From: Patescibacteria group bacterium
GTDB lineage: Bacteria > Patescibacteriota > Microgenomatia > UBA8517
Direction of reading: 5' to 3'
Length of the DNA stretch: 64,000 nt
Assembly (NCBI GenBank): GCA_036381415.1
Contig: DASVCV010000002.1
Span: 84,091 to 148,090 of the forward strand
In this document: in pieces, positions 29,441 through 38,734 of the stretch
Position numbering within the stretch: the first letter of the stretch is position 1
How the letters are laid out: each line of letters opens with the position of its first letter
Position numbers and translations under genes: made by a program
The notes under the pieces: model-generated
Told to the model about the DNA's origin: nothing
The model's database searches: none
What the model saw: the letters and a program-made list of their open reading frames with translations, nothing else

Positions 29441-30352
29441 ATGGATCCAATGTTCGAAGTACAACAAGAAAAATCAAAGGGAAATTACGCATCTTTTGTA
29501 ATTTCTCCGCTTGAGGCTGGTTATGGAGATACACTTGGAGTGGCATTAAGAAGAGTACTTCTTTCTTCCCTTCCAGGAGCAGCTATAACTAAAGTTAGGA
29601 TTTCAGGAGTCAAACACCAATTTTCAACCCTTAAAGGGATGAAAGAGGATGTTTTAGATTTTCTTCTTAACTTAAAGAAAGTTAGAATAGCCTACACTGG
29701 TGATAAATCAGTAAAGCTTAATCTATCAGTTGCCCGTGCAGGAGAAGTTAAAGCAGGAGATATTAAAACTCCAGCTAATGTCAAAATTGCCAATCCAGAA
29801 CTAGTTCTGGCAAATTTGGCCAAAGGAGCAAAACTTGAAGCAGAGATGGAAGTAGAGGTAGGAGTTGGTTATTCACCATTTGAGGAAAGAGAAAAAGAAG
29901 GTGTTGGGATAATCCCATTAGACGCTACTTTTTCACCAGTTCTTCGTGTGAATTACAAGAGAGAAGAAACTCGTGTTGGTAGACTTACCAATTACGACAA
30001 ATTAACTGTTGAAGTTTGGACAGACGGAACTATCACACCTAACCAGGCACTTGAAAAAGGAGCACAAATCCTTCTTTCATATTTCAACCAAATAGTTAAT
30101 CCTAAAAAGGTTGTAAAAGCTAGTGCACCTGCTGTTAAGGATGATTTAGGTTCTGCTGGAAAACTTTCAGTTGAAGAAATAGGACTTCCTACTCGTGTTG
30201 CCAATGCTTTAATCAAAGCAGGTTTTGACACAGTCGAAAAGCTTACTACAGCTAAGAGAGAAGATTTAATCAAGGTTAGAAACCTTGGAGAAAAGTCTCT
30301 TAAAGTTATTAAGGTAGCTTTGGCTGAGAAAGGAGTTAATTTCAATGCTTAA
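29441..30352 (+). CDS. rpoA: DNA-directed RNA polymerase subunit alpha
   Basis: 303 aa, NTD + alphaCTD (VEEIGLPTRVANALIKAGFDTVEKL). Confidence 0.94.
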   Translation: MDPMFEVQQEKSKGNYASFVISPLEAGYGDTLGVALRRVLLSSLPGAAITKVRISGVKHQFSTLKGMKEDVLDFLLNLKKVRIAYTGDKSVKLNLSVARAGEVKAGDIKTPANVKIANPELVLANLAKGAKLEAEMEVEVGVGYSPFEEREKEGVGIIPLDATFSPVLRVNYKREETRVGRLTNYDKLTVEVWTDGTITPNQALEKGAQILLSYFNQIVNPKKVVKASAPAVKDDLGSAGKLSVEEIGLPTRVANALIKAGFDTVEKLTTAKREDLIKVRNLGEKSLKVIKVALAEKGVNFNA

Positions 30353-30761
30353 AAAAGTTTACGGAAAGAAATTAAGCCGAGCACAAGGTGCAAGGCGAGC
30401 ACTTTTCAGATCTTTAATTAGAGCTATAGTTATTGATGGCAAAATCATCACAACTTATGCAAAAGCTAAATCAGTGCAAGCTGATATAGATAAGATTATG
30501 AAAAAGGTAAAGAGGAATGACTTGGCTAGCCGCAAGCAAGTACTTGCAACTTTAGCAAATGACAAAGTTACTGTTAACAAGTTATTTACTGAGTTAAAAA
30601 GTGTTGCTGAAGGCAGAAAGTCAGGTTTTACCAGAATTAGCGCACTTCCACCTAGGAAGGGTGATAGTGCAGCTATGGTAAGACTAGAATGGTCAACACC
30701 TGCCCAAAAGAAAACAGAGAAAAAAGTAAAAGTAGAGAAAGAGGTTACAAAGAAAAAGTAA
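30345..30761 (+). CDS. rplQ: 50S ribosomal protein L17
   Basis: 138 aa. Confidence 0.92.
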   Translation: MLKKVYGKKLSRAQGARRALFRSLIRAIVIDGKIITTYAKAKSVQADIDKIMKKVKRNDLASRKQVLATLANDKVTVNKLFTELKSVAEGRKSGFTRISALPPRKGDSAAMVRLEWSTPAQKKTEKKVKVEKEVTKKK

Positions 30762-30762
30762 T

Positions 30763-31188
30763 ATGAAAACTATACAACCAAGAAAAATTACAAGGCAGTG
30801 GCATCTAGTAGATGCCAAAGATCAGGTATTGGGAAGAATATCAACCCAAATTGCCCATATTCTTATGGGAAAGCATAAAGTCAATTATGCACCACAGGCT
30901 GATATGGGAGATAATGTTGTAGTTATTAATTGTGAGAAAGTAAGAGTAACTGGAAACAAAGCAAGTCAAAAGAAATACTACAGCCATTCTGGATATCCTG
31001 GAGGATTTAAGGAAGTATCATATGAAAGAATGCTTAAAGAACATCCAGAAAGAATAGTTGGATTGGCAGTAAAAAGAATGCTACCTGAAAACAGGTTAAG
31101 AGATAAAAGAATGACAAGATTATTTGTTTTAGTAGGAGAAAGAAATCCTTATCAAGACAAGTTTAAACAAAAAGAGGCAACTAAATAA
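30763..31188 (+). CDS. rplM: 50S ribosomal protein L13
   Basis: 141 aa. Confidence 0.93.
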   Translation: MKTIQPRKITRQWHLVDAKDQVLGRISTQIAHILMGKHKVNYAPQADMGDNVVVINCEKVRVTGNKASQKKYYSHSGYPGGFKEVSYERMLKEHPERIVGLAVKRMLPENRLRDKRMTRLFVLVGERNPYQDKFKQKEATK

Positions 31189-31190
31189 AT

Positions 31191-31601
31191 ATGGCAACTA
31201 ATCAAAAGAAAAACTATTCATATGCAGTAGGAAGACGAAGAGAGTCTTCTGCAAGAGTCAGAGTGTTTAGAGGATCAGGGGATAATATGGTAAATGGTAT
31301 GGTTATTGGAAAGTACTTTGAGGGAGATGTGGCAAGACATTATTGGAATAAACCATTTGAAATTTTGGAAGTTGAGGGTAAGTATTATGCTACTGCAAAA
31401 GTAGTAGGTGGAGGAAAGAATGGTCAGCTTGATGCATTTGTACTTGGATTATCAAGAGCACTTTCTAAAATAAAACCAGACAAATATAGAACTCCACTTA
31501 AAAAAGCAGGATTACTATCAAGTGATCCAAGAATTAGAGAAAGACGCAAGGTTGGAACTGGTGGAAGAGCCAGACGCAAGAAACAATCTCCAAAGAGGTA
31601 A
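31191..31601 (+). CDS. rpsI: 30S ribosomal protein S9
   Basis: ends ...RRKKQSPKR. Confidence 0.94.
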   Translation: MATNQKKNYSYAVGRRRESSARVRVFRGSGDNMVNGMVIGKYFEGDVARHYWNKPFEILEVEGKYYATAKVVGGGKNGQLDAFVLGLSRALSKIKPDKYRTPLKKAGLLSSDPRIRERRKVGTGGRARRKKQSPKR

Positions 31602-31610
31602 AATACTACA

Positions 31611-32141
31611 ATGTTTGAACGGATTCGCGGCTATCTTAATAGAGGGAAAGATAAACATGCAGGCTTAAAAGAATTTGAATGGAATGTAGAAGAGGCAAGA
31701 TCTTTCCTAAGCGAGTTTGTGTATTTTTACTTTAAACAAAATCAGGCAGATTTGGAATATTACCGGTTGATAGGTAATGAAGTAACTCAAATACACAACA
31801 GAGAAGTTGATTTGTCTAAAGATGAGGAATTGGTGGAGTGGTTTATTAGAAAATTAGGTCCAAATGTCTATTTTGGCAATTACAGACTTTCTTTTAGGGC
31901 AGCTCTAGAAGATTTTAGCGATCATGAGCAAATTAATATCCCAATTCCATTTCCAAGGTGTGCCCCATTTGGCAGAATAGGGGCAAAAGGATTGACTGAA
32001 GTTGATTATGCAAGAGTTGAGGAAGATGTAAGAGGAGTATTGGGGGAAGAATTGAGAAATGTAATTGGATTTGATGAAAATTTGACTAATGAGTTTTCTC
32101 AAATGATGAGTTTTGGAAAGAAGCAGTTTCCAAAGAAATAA
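31611..32141 (+). CDS. hypothetical protein co-located with r-protein operon (9 nt after rpsI)
   Basis: 176-aa ORF, acidic, no recognisable motif. Confidence 0.5.
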   Translation: MFERIRGYLNRGKDKHAGLKEFEWNVEEARSFLSEFVYFYFKQNQADLEYYRLIGNEVTQIHNREVDLSKDEELVEWFIRKLGPNVYFGNYRLSFRAALEDFSDHEQINIPIPFPRCAPFGRIGAKGLTEVDYARVEEDVRGVLGEELRNVIGFDENLTNEFSQMMSFGKKQFPKK

Positions 32142-32200
32142 ATATTTGCTTAGCTTCAGCTTCAATATAAGACTTGTATCTGTTAAAATATAAACACTTT

Positions 32201-32273
32201 CAGAGCGTAGCGTAGATGGTAGCGCGCCACTATGGGGTAGTGGAGGTCGTGAGTTCGAATCTCACCGCTCTGA
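32201..32273 (+). tRNA. tRNA-Pro (anticodon GGG), CCA not encoded
   Basis: cloverleaf folded by eye: acceptor CAGAGCG/CGCTCTG, D-stem GCGT/GCGC, anticodon stem CCACT/AGTGG with loop aTGGGGt, T-arm GTGAG-TTCGAAT-CTCAC. Confidence 0.8.
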
Positions 32274-32309
32274 CTATAGGCATTTATAATATTTTCTTCG
32301 GGTAATATA

Positions 32310-32336
32310 TTGACTTCGTTGTTTTTTCGGTATAGT
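32310..32336 (+). promoter_or_regulatory. promoter TTGACT-15nt-TATAGT; predicted TSS a few nt before ATG 32349 (near-leaderless)
   Basis: read directly. Confidence 0.4.
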
Positions 32337-32348
32337 CTTAAATTAGAT

Positions 32349-33206
32349 ATGTACCCTGTCCATTGTTTTTACTGTAATAAGATATTTTATCGTTCTTTGG
32401 GAAGAATTAATGAGAGTGGAAAGGAAGGATGGAAATCTTATTGTTCAGAAGAATGCCAATATAAATCTAAAACAACTTCAATTATTCTGAAATGCCAGAG
32501 GGTGGGTTGTAATAAAAAAATTAGAAGGGCGCCAGCTGAATTGTCGAGAAATAATGGCGCTTATTGTTCACGCACCTGTGCTGCAATTGTTAATAATGTG
32601 AAGTATCCGAATAGACATAAATTGGCGATTGTAAAGAAGTGTTCTTATTGTGGTAAAGATTTTACTAGGAGGAAAAAATATTGTTCTGTTAATTGCCAAC
32701 ACAAGGGTGCTGTAATTGGTAAGGAATTTATACTAAACCAAATAAAAGAGTTTGTTAAAAGAGAAGGTCGAATTCCTATGAAGAGGGAGTTTTATCACTA
32801 TCATGCTGTAAGAGGAAGATTTGGTACATGGAATAATGCAATTAAAGCTGCAGGGTTTGAACCAAACCCTGTAATGTTTGCTAAAAAGTACGTAGCTAAA
32901 GATGGACATAGGTGTGATTCTTTAGCTGAAAAGATTATTGATGATTGGCTTTACAAAAGACATATTAATCACAAGAGAAGTTTTCCATATCCTGGAAATA
33001 GAAAATTTACTGCAGATTTTGTGATTAAGGATTACTGGGTAGAATTTTTTGGATTGCATGGAGAGCTTAAAAGGTATGATTTGCTAATGAAGAGAAAATT
33101 GAGATTGGTTAGAAAGAATAAAATTAAATTAATAGAGATTTATCCAAAAGATTTATTTCCAAAAGGGCACTTGGAAGAAAGGTTGGGTTTTTTACTTAAG
33201 GGTTGA
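32349..33206 (+). CDS. multi-zinc-finger protein (3x CxxC...YCSxxC, FCS/MYM-like) with C-terminal DUF559/Vsr-like restriction-endonuclease fold
   Basis: CFYCNKIF..YCSEEC; CQRVGCNKKI..YCSRTC; CSYCGKDF..YCSVNC; C-terminus ADFVIKDYWVEFFGLHG...LIEIYPKDL resembles DUF559 core; ORF-track TTG start 32310 coincides with the -35 box so ATG 32349 preferred. Confidence 0.55.
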   Translation: MYPVHCFYCNKIFYRSLGRINESGKEGWKSYCSEECQYKSKTTSIILKCQRVGCNKKIRRAPAELSRNNGAYCSRTCAAIVNNVKYPNRHKLAIVKKCSYCGKDFTRRKKYCSVNCQHKGAVIGKEFILNQIKEFVKREGRIPMKREFYHYHAVRGRFGTWNNAIKAAGFEPNPVMFAKKYVAKDGHRCDSLAEKIIDDWLYKRHINHKRSFPYPGNRKFTADFVIKDYWVEFFGLHGELKRYDLLMKRKLRLVRKNKIKLIEIYPKDLFPKGHLEERLGFLLKG

Positions 33207-33647
33207 GAGCCATGTGTGTACTAAATAGATTGTTGTGATTGAAGTTACTACTGTTACACACTGCCAATAGATTTGAAGTACAAACCAAATTGAATCATTA
33301 TGAAATACTTGTCTAAAGGGAAGTGTTTCTATGGGGTTTCTATTTTTACTTGAGAATTGCTGGTTGAACCAGTAGATTGTTTCTCCAACACTTCTTACTA
33401 ACCAGAAAATTGAAAGTGTAAGTAGAAAAAGAATCCAACTATTAAGGTATAGAAGAAAGGCAGAGACTATTGTCCAGAATAGTCCAAATACTACTCCATC
33501 TGCCCAAACAAACCCTCCAATAGGGTAAATAAGAAAGGCTAATCCAAATGAGTTATTTTTGTCTTTTGTGTTGTGGAGTGACTTTAAAAAACAAAATGCA
33601 GAGAAAAGACCGTAAATAATAACTGTTAGTTTTTGTACTTCATCCAT
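33192..33647 (-). CDS. hypothetical integral membrane protein
   Basis: 151 aa, 4 hydrophobic spans. Confidence 0.5.
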   Translation of the reverse strand: MDEVQKLTVIIYGLFSAFCFLKSLHNTKDKNNSFGLAFLIYPIGGFVWADGVVFGLFWTIVSAFLLYLNSWILFLLTLSIFWLVRSVGETIYWFNQQFSSKNRNPIETLPFRQVFHNDSIWFVLQIYWQCVTVVTSITTIYLVHTWLSTLK

Positions 33648-33720
33648 ATTTGATAATTCTAATCTATTTTTGTTTTTTGTTCACCTTGTTTTTTACTAAA
33701 GGGTGTGCTAAAAGTATTTG

Positions 33721-34806
33721 ATGGCCAAAAGTAAAAAGACTATAGACACACCAAGACAACAAGAAGGGGCATCCCAAAAACTTCAAGCAATTAAATTAGC
33801 AATGGACCAGATTGAGAAACAGTATGGACGCGGTTCTATTATGAGACTTGGAGGAAAAGGAACTGCAGACCGGTTTAAGATAGATGTAATTCCTACTGGT
33901 TCTATTGCACTTGACTTGGCATTAGGAGTTGGGGGGTTACCACGCGGCCGTATTGTAGAAATTTATGGACCAGAAGCGTCTGGAAAAACTACTCTTGCTC
34001 TTCATGTAATTGCTGAAGCACAAAAGAAAGGTGGACAGGCAGCATTTGTTGATGCAGAACATGCTTTGGATCCAGGCAGAGCTGAAGCAATTGGAGTTAA
34101 TGTTGATGATTTACTTATGAGTCAACCTGACACTGGTGAGCAGGCTTTAGAGATTACTGAAACTTTGGTCCGTTCAGGAGCACTTGATGTAATTGTAGTG
34201 GACTCTGTTGCTGCACTTGTTCCACGGGCTGAAATAGAAGGAGAAATGGGAGATGCTGTAATGGGAATGCAGGCGCGTTTAATGTCTCAAGCTTTAAGAA
34301 AGCTGACTGGTGCAATTTCTAAATCAAAGACAGTTCTTATTTTTACAAATCAGTTAAGACAAAAAATTGGAGTGATGTTTGGTAACCCTGAGACTACCCC
34401 TGGGGGATTAGCTTTAAAGTTTTATTCATCAGTAAGAATTGATATAAGACGAATTGAGGTACTTAAGGATGGAGACCAGGTGATTGGTAGCAGGGTAAGG
34501 ACAAGAATAGTTAAGAATAAAGTGGCACCCCCACTTCGTATTGCTGAATTTGACATTATGAACGATGTAGGGATTTCAAAGGAAGGAAGTTTAATGGATG
34601 CAGCAGTTGAACTTGGAATTGTTGAGAAGAAGGGGTCATTTTTCAACTATGAAGGTAAAGTGATTGCACAGGGAAGAGAAGGAGTAAAGACTTATTTGAA
34701 AGATAATCCAGATGTGTCAGCTGAAATAGAAAAGAAAGTTAGGGCTGCGGTAACTTCAGGTAAAGAACTTCCTAAAGAGATTGGTGAAGAGAAAGAAGAG
34801 GAATAA
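33721..34806 (+). CDS. recA: recombinase RecA
   Basis: GPEASGKTT Walker A, 361 aa. Confidence 0.96.
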   Translation: MAKSKKTIDTPRQQEGASQKLQAIKLAMDQIEKQYGRGSIMRLGGKGTADRFKIDVIPTGSIALDLALGVGGLPRGRIVEIYGPEASGKTTLALHVIAEAQKKGGQAAFVDAEHALDPGRAEAIGVNVDDLLMSQPDTGEQALEITETLVRSGALDVIVVDSVAALVPRAEIEGEMGDAVMGMQARLMSQALRKLTGAISKSKTVLIFTNQLRQKIGVMFGNPETTPGGLALKFYSSVRIDIRRIEVLKDGDQVIGSRVRTRIVKNKVAPPLRIAEFDIMNDVGISKEGSLMDAAVELGIVEKKGSFFNYEGKVIAQGREGVKTYLKDNPDVSAEIEKKVRAAVTSGKELPKEIGEEKEEE

Positions 34807-34833
34807 CTTTTACAATTGGCAGTAAAATAGAGT

Positions 34834-35463
34834 GTGCCAAAGATTACTTCAATTAAACAGCAGAAAGACAAAAATAGAGTGAATGTTTATTTGGATGGAA
34901 AGTTTGGATTTGGGTTGGATTTAGAGAACTTTGTAAAGCTTGGGTTAAAGGTAGAACAGGAGCTAACAAATGAACAAATTGATGAAATTGTAAGGAAATC
35001 AGAACACCAGAAGGTGTTAGATAAACTTCTTAATTTTGCAACATTTAGATTACGATCTATTCATGAAGTAAGGGTGTGGCTTAGACGTAAAAAAATTCCA
35101 GAAGATATGCATGAAGATTTGTTTAACACATTAAAGAGATTGGAGTTAATAAATGATGAAAAGTTTGCAAAGTGGTGGATTGATCAGAGGATGAGTTTTA
35201 GGCCTAAAGGAAAAAAGGCTTTAAAGTTTGAGCTTTTAAAGAAGGGAATAGATAGAAAGATTATAGATGCAGCATTTGGAGAGGTGGTTATTGATGAAAA
35301 AAGCATTGCTTTAGAATTACTTAAGAAAAGGAAGAGTAAATGGGAGAAGTTGGAAGAAATGGAGGCAAAACAAAAGATGTATTCATATCTAGGAGCACGG
35401 GGATTTGATTGGGAGTTAATTAAGAATGCAGTGGATGAGTATTTAAAGCTTAAGGGGTATTAG
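34834..35463 (+). CDS. recX: RecA regulator RecX (GTG start)
   Basis: position after recA, RecX-like helical repeats. Confidence 0.75.
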   Translation: MPKITSIKQQKDKNRVNVYLDGKFGFGLDLENFVKLGLKVEQELTNEQIDEIVRKSEHQKVLDKLLNFATFRLRSIHEVRVWLRRKKIPEDMHEDLFNTLKRLELINDEKFAKWWIDQRMSFRPKGKKALKFELLKKGIDRKIIDAAFGEVVIDEKSIALELLKKRKSKWEKLEEMEAKQKMYSYLGARGFDWELIKNAVDEYLKLKGY

Positions 35464-35634
35464 GATCATTGAGGGGTGGCATATACCCTTTTCATTGATT
35501 CTTACCCTAATTAATAGTAAAATACCCGTTAGGAGATCAAAAAGATATGTCAAGAGATCTACATTTTGTAACTTTTTTGGCAGGTAGGGCTATCTGAGTT
35601 CTATTCTTTTTTGGTCTTCATTTAGTAAGTATTT

Positions 35635-36798
35635 ATGGCAAAACAAGATGAATATGTAAAGAAACTTGAAAAAGTGGCAAACATGACTAAAGAAGAAGCT
35701 AAAAAAGCTCTTCTTGATGAGGTTGGTAAGGAACTATCAGGAGAAATTGCCAAAAAGATTAGGCAGGCTGAGGAAAGAATAAAACTTGAGGCAAATGAAA
35801 AAGCAAGAGAAATTTTGGTTGATGCTATGAAACATGGAGCAACAACCTACACTGCAGAATACACTATTTCTACAGTTGCAGTTCCTTCGGAAGAAGTTAA
35901 AGGAAGAATTATAGGTAGAGAGGGAAGAAACATTAGGAAGTTTGAACAAGAAACTGGGGTCGAGATTGAAATGGATGAGGGAGGATTGATTAGGTTATCG
36001 TCATTTGATTCTATAAGACGTGAGATTGCAAGACGTGCACTTGAGATATTAATTAAGGATACTAGAATTCAGCCAACCAGAATTGAAGAAGTTGTAAGGC
36101 AGGTAAAGGCCAGTATGGATGACGTACTTTTGGAAGAAGGAAAAAGAATATCTTCTGAGTGTGGAGTATTTAACTTACCAGTTGATTTAGTAAAACTTAT
36201 AGGAAGATATAAATTTAGAACTTCATATGGACAAAACTTAGGAATACACACTATTGAAGAAACAAAGATGGGTGTAGCAATTGCACAAGAATTAGGAGCA
36301 GATGTAGATACTGTACGCCTTGGATGTCTTCTTCATGATATTGGAAAGGTAGTAACTGATGAAGAAGGGACTCATGTTCAGGCAGGAGTAGCTACTTTAA
36401 AAAGATTTGGGATGCCAAAGGCAGTTGTTGCAGCTGTAGCTGAGCATCATGAAGACAAGCCATTTTCTTCTATTGAATCTGTGGTTGTTTGGACAGCTGA
36501 TGCAATTTCAGGATCAAGGCCTGGAGCTAGATATGAGCCTCATGAAGAGTATGTAAAAAGAATGACTAAGATTGAAGAGATTTCTTCAAAATTCCCAGGA
36601 GTTGAACAAGCTATAGCATTTCAGGCAGGACGCGACGTTAGGGTTGTAGTAAATCCAAGTGAAGTGGATGATGACAAACTAACCATAATTGCACATGATA
36701 TTGCAAAAGCTTTGGAGAAGGAAGCACAGTATGCCGGACAAATAAAAGTAACTGTGATTCGCGAAACAAGGGCAACAGATGTTACTGAAGCTCACTAA
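35635..36798 (+). CDS. rny: ribonuclease Y-like (KH + HD domains, no N-terminal TM anchor)
   Basis: KGRIIGREGRNIR KH motif; LLHDIGK HD motif. Confidence 0.8.
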   Translation: MAKQDEYVKKLEKVANMTKEEAKKALLDEVGKELSGEIAKKIRQAEERIKLEANEKAREILVDAMKHGATTYTAEYTISTVAVPSEEVKGRIIGREGRNIRKFEQETGVEIEMDEGGLIRLSSFDSIRREIARRALEILIKDTRIQPTRIEEVVRQVKASMDDVLLEEGKRISSECGVFNLPVDLVKLIGRYKFRTSYGQNLGIHTIEETKMGVAIAQELGADVDTVRLGCLLHDIGKVVTDEEGTHVQAGVATLKRFGMPKAVVAAVAEHHEDKPFSSIESVVVWTADAISGSRPGARYEPHEEYVKRMTKIEEISSKFPGVEQAIAFQAGRDVRVVVNPSEVDDDKLTIIAHDIAKALEKEAQYAGQIKVTVIRETRATDVTEAH

Positions 36799-36853
36799 CG
36801 CTTGACATTTGTGCGTGTTTCTTCTAAGCTTCCTATTAATCTAGCCCAAGAAT

Positions 36854-37129
36854 ATGACCAAAAAAGATCTTGTAGACCAAGTAGCAAGAAAAGCCCATTT
36901 AACTAAGAAAGCTGCAAATGAAGCAGTGGATGTTTTCTTAAATGAAATGGGGAGAGTTTTGGCAAAGGGAGAGAAAGTAGTTTTGTCTGGTTTTGGAACA
37001 TTTAGAGTAATTTCCATGAAAGGAAAGACTGTTAAAATTCCTCAGACAGAAAAGTATGTAACTATTAAGGCTCATAGGTCTCCACGTTTTACTCCGGGAA
37101 AGAAACTTAAAAGACAAGTTTCAAGATAA
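36854..37129 (+). CDS. hup: HU-family DNA-binding protein
   Basis: 91 aa, GFGTFRV... Confidence 0.9.
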   Translation: MTKKDLVDQVARKAHLTKKAANEAVDVFLNEMGRVLAKGEKVVLSGFGTFRVISMKGKTVKIPQTEKYVTIKAHRSPRFTPGKKLKRQVSR

Positions 37130-37834
37130 TTTGAGTTTGTTTTCTATTTCTTCTAACTGACCTTTACGAAGTGTAAGGTTTGGATTTGATTCGATTATTT
37201 GTCTTGCTTTTTCTAAATGCTCTTTCGCCTTTTTAGGGTTGTTTTTGCGGAGTGCTTTGGCTGTCCTCATGTGGGCTCCTGATAGCCAAACATCTTTGGT
37301 ATATTTTCCTTCATCTGAACTTTCAAGTTCTTTTATTGCTTCTTCAAGTTTTGTTATCGCGCTTTTATTTCCACACATGTATTCAATAAAGGCTAAATGT
37401 GCTTTTATATCGGCTTTTAGAGCGGGACGGTTATGCCTTTCAGGCAAGTCCTTGAGAGATTTTTTGAATGCTTTTCTGAACGGAGTGAGTGCTTTTTTGT
37501 AGTTCTCTTCCTCTTCATATGCTTTGCCTAAATTAAAATATGCAAGTGGCAAAGCTTGGTTTATTTTGTGTTCTTCAGCAATTTCTACGGCAGCTTGAGC
37601 TGCAAGAGTAGCAAGAGTTAAGTAGGCATCTTCTTTTGTCCTTTCGTATAAGTGCTTTAGAGCAATGAAGCGGGACCCTTGGGCTTCGCTTGCTCCTAAA
37701 TAGTCTTTGTCTTCAAGGTATGCAATAGTTGCTTCATTGAGAAGATTTAAGGATTTTAGAAAGTTTTGTTCACCTTCTCTTGCTTTTTCTGCAAGAGCAT
37801 GGATTTCCCTACCTCTTTTTGATTCTGAAATCAT
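37121..37834 (-). CDS. TPR-like helical repeat protein
   Basis: 237 aa, repeated A/Y/L-rich helices (LAYFNLGKAYEEEENYKKAL). Confidence 0.5.
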   Translation of the reverse strand: MISESKRGREIHALAEKAREGEQNFLKSLNLLNEATIAYLEDKDYLGASEAQGSRFIALKHLYERTKEDAYLTLATLAAQAAVEIAEEHKINQALPLAYFNLGKAYEEEENYKKALTPFRKAFKKSLKDLPERHNRPALKADIKAHLAFIEYMCGNKSAITKLEEAIKELESSDEGKYTKDVWLSGAHMRTAKALRKNNPKKAKEHLEKARQIIESNPNLTLRKGQLEEIENKLKLS

Positions 37835-38732
37835 GAGTATAATATATCATATAAATGTGAGGAATAATTCTAAGATTCTCGTTATTTGTGGTCCTACTGC
37901 TACTGGTAAAACTGCTCTTGCAGTTTATTTGAGTAAACTTTTTGATGGGCAAATAATATCGGCAGATTCAAGACAAGTTTACAAATATATGGATATTGGA
38001 ACAGGGAAGGAAAAACCGGAAGGGGTAAATATCTTAGGATATGATTTAGTTAGGCCTGATCAGGAATTTAGTGTTAAAAAGTATACTGATTTTGCATATA
38101 AAGCTATAAAAGATACTTATAAAAAGGGAAAGATACCTATTTTGGTTGGAGGAACCGGGCTTTATATATCAGCGGTTGTAGATAATTTAGAAAAAATTGG
38201 AATACCAAGGAATTTAAAATTAAGAAAGGAATTAGAAGATAAAAGCAGAGAGGAACTTTTTAATCTACTTATGAAAAAGTCTCCTAGTTTTGCCATAGGT
38301 TTGAATGAATCAGATAGGAAAAACCCAAGAAGGTTAATTAGAGCTCTAGAGATAGTTTCTTATAACAAAGTAGGAAGTTTGGGTGAGGATGCCATCCAAT
38401 TTGATAGTGTGTTGTGGATCGGACTTAAAGCTAGTAAGGAAGAACTAACCAAGAGGATTGAGGAGAGAGTGGATGAAAGAGTAAAGATGGGATTTGGAAA
38501 AGAAATGGAATTTTTGAAAAGAAAGGGATATTTGGGAGCTATTCCAAGTAAGACTTTGGGATACAAAGATTGGCCTGATGTTAAAAAGTGGAAAATTGAA
38601 GAAATTAACTATGCCAAAAGGCAAATGGTGTGGTTTAAGAAGGAAAAAAGAATAAAATGGTTTGATATAGGTAAGACTGGATGGGAGGAAAAGGTGGTGG
38701 AATTGGTCAAAAAGTGGTATTCTACAAGTTAA
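37833..38732 (+). CDS. miaA: tRNA dimethylallyltransferase (start uncertain; GTG at 37857 possible)
   Basis: ILVICGPTATGKT P-loop, ISADSRQVYK..DIGTGK. Confidence 0.85.
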   Translation: MSIIYHINVRNNSKILVICGPTATGKTALAVYLSKLFDGQIISADSRQVYKYMDIGTGKEKPEGVNILGYDLVRPDQEFSVKKYTDFAYKAIKDTYKKGKIPILVGGTGLYISAVVDNLEKIGIPRNLKLRKELEDKSREELFNLLMKKSPSFAIGLNESDRKNPRRLIRALEIVSYNKVGSLGEDAIQFDSVLWIGLKASKEELTKRIEERVDERVKMGFGKEMEFLKRKGYLGAIPSKTLGYKDWPDVKKWKIEEINYAKRQMVWFKKEKRIKWFDIGKTGWEEKVVELVKKWYSTS

Positions 38733-38734
38733 GC

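Noticed and set aside
32142-33720. Integrated mobile element with att repeats at tRNA-Pro
   Set aside because: No integrase or recombinase gene and no direct repeat of the tRNA 3' end found within ~1.5 kb. Only the suspicious nuclease gene itself is reported.
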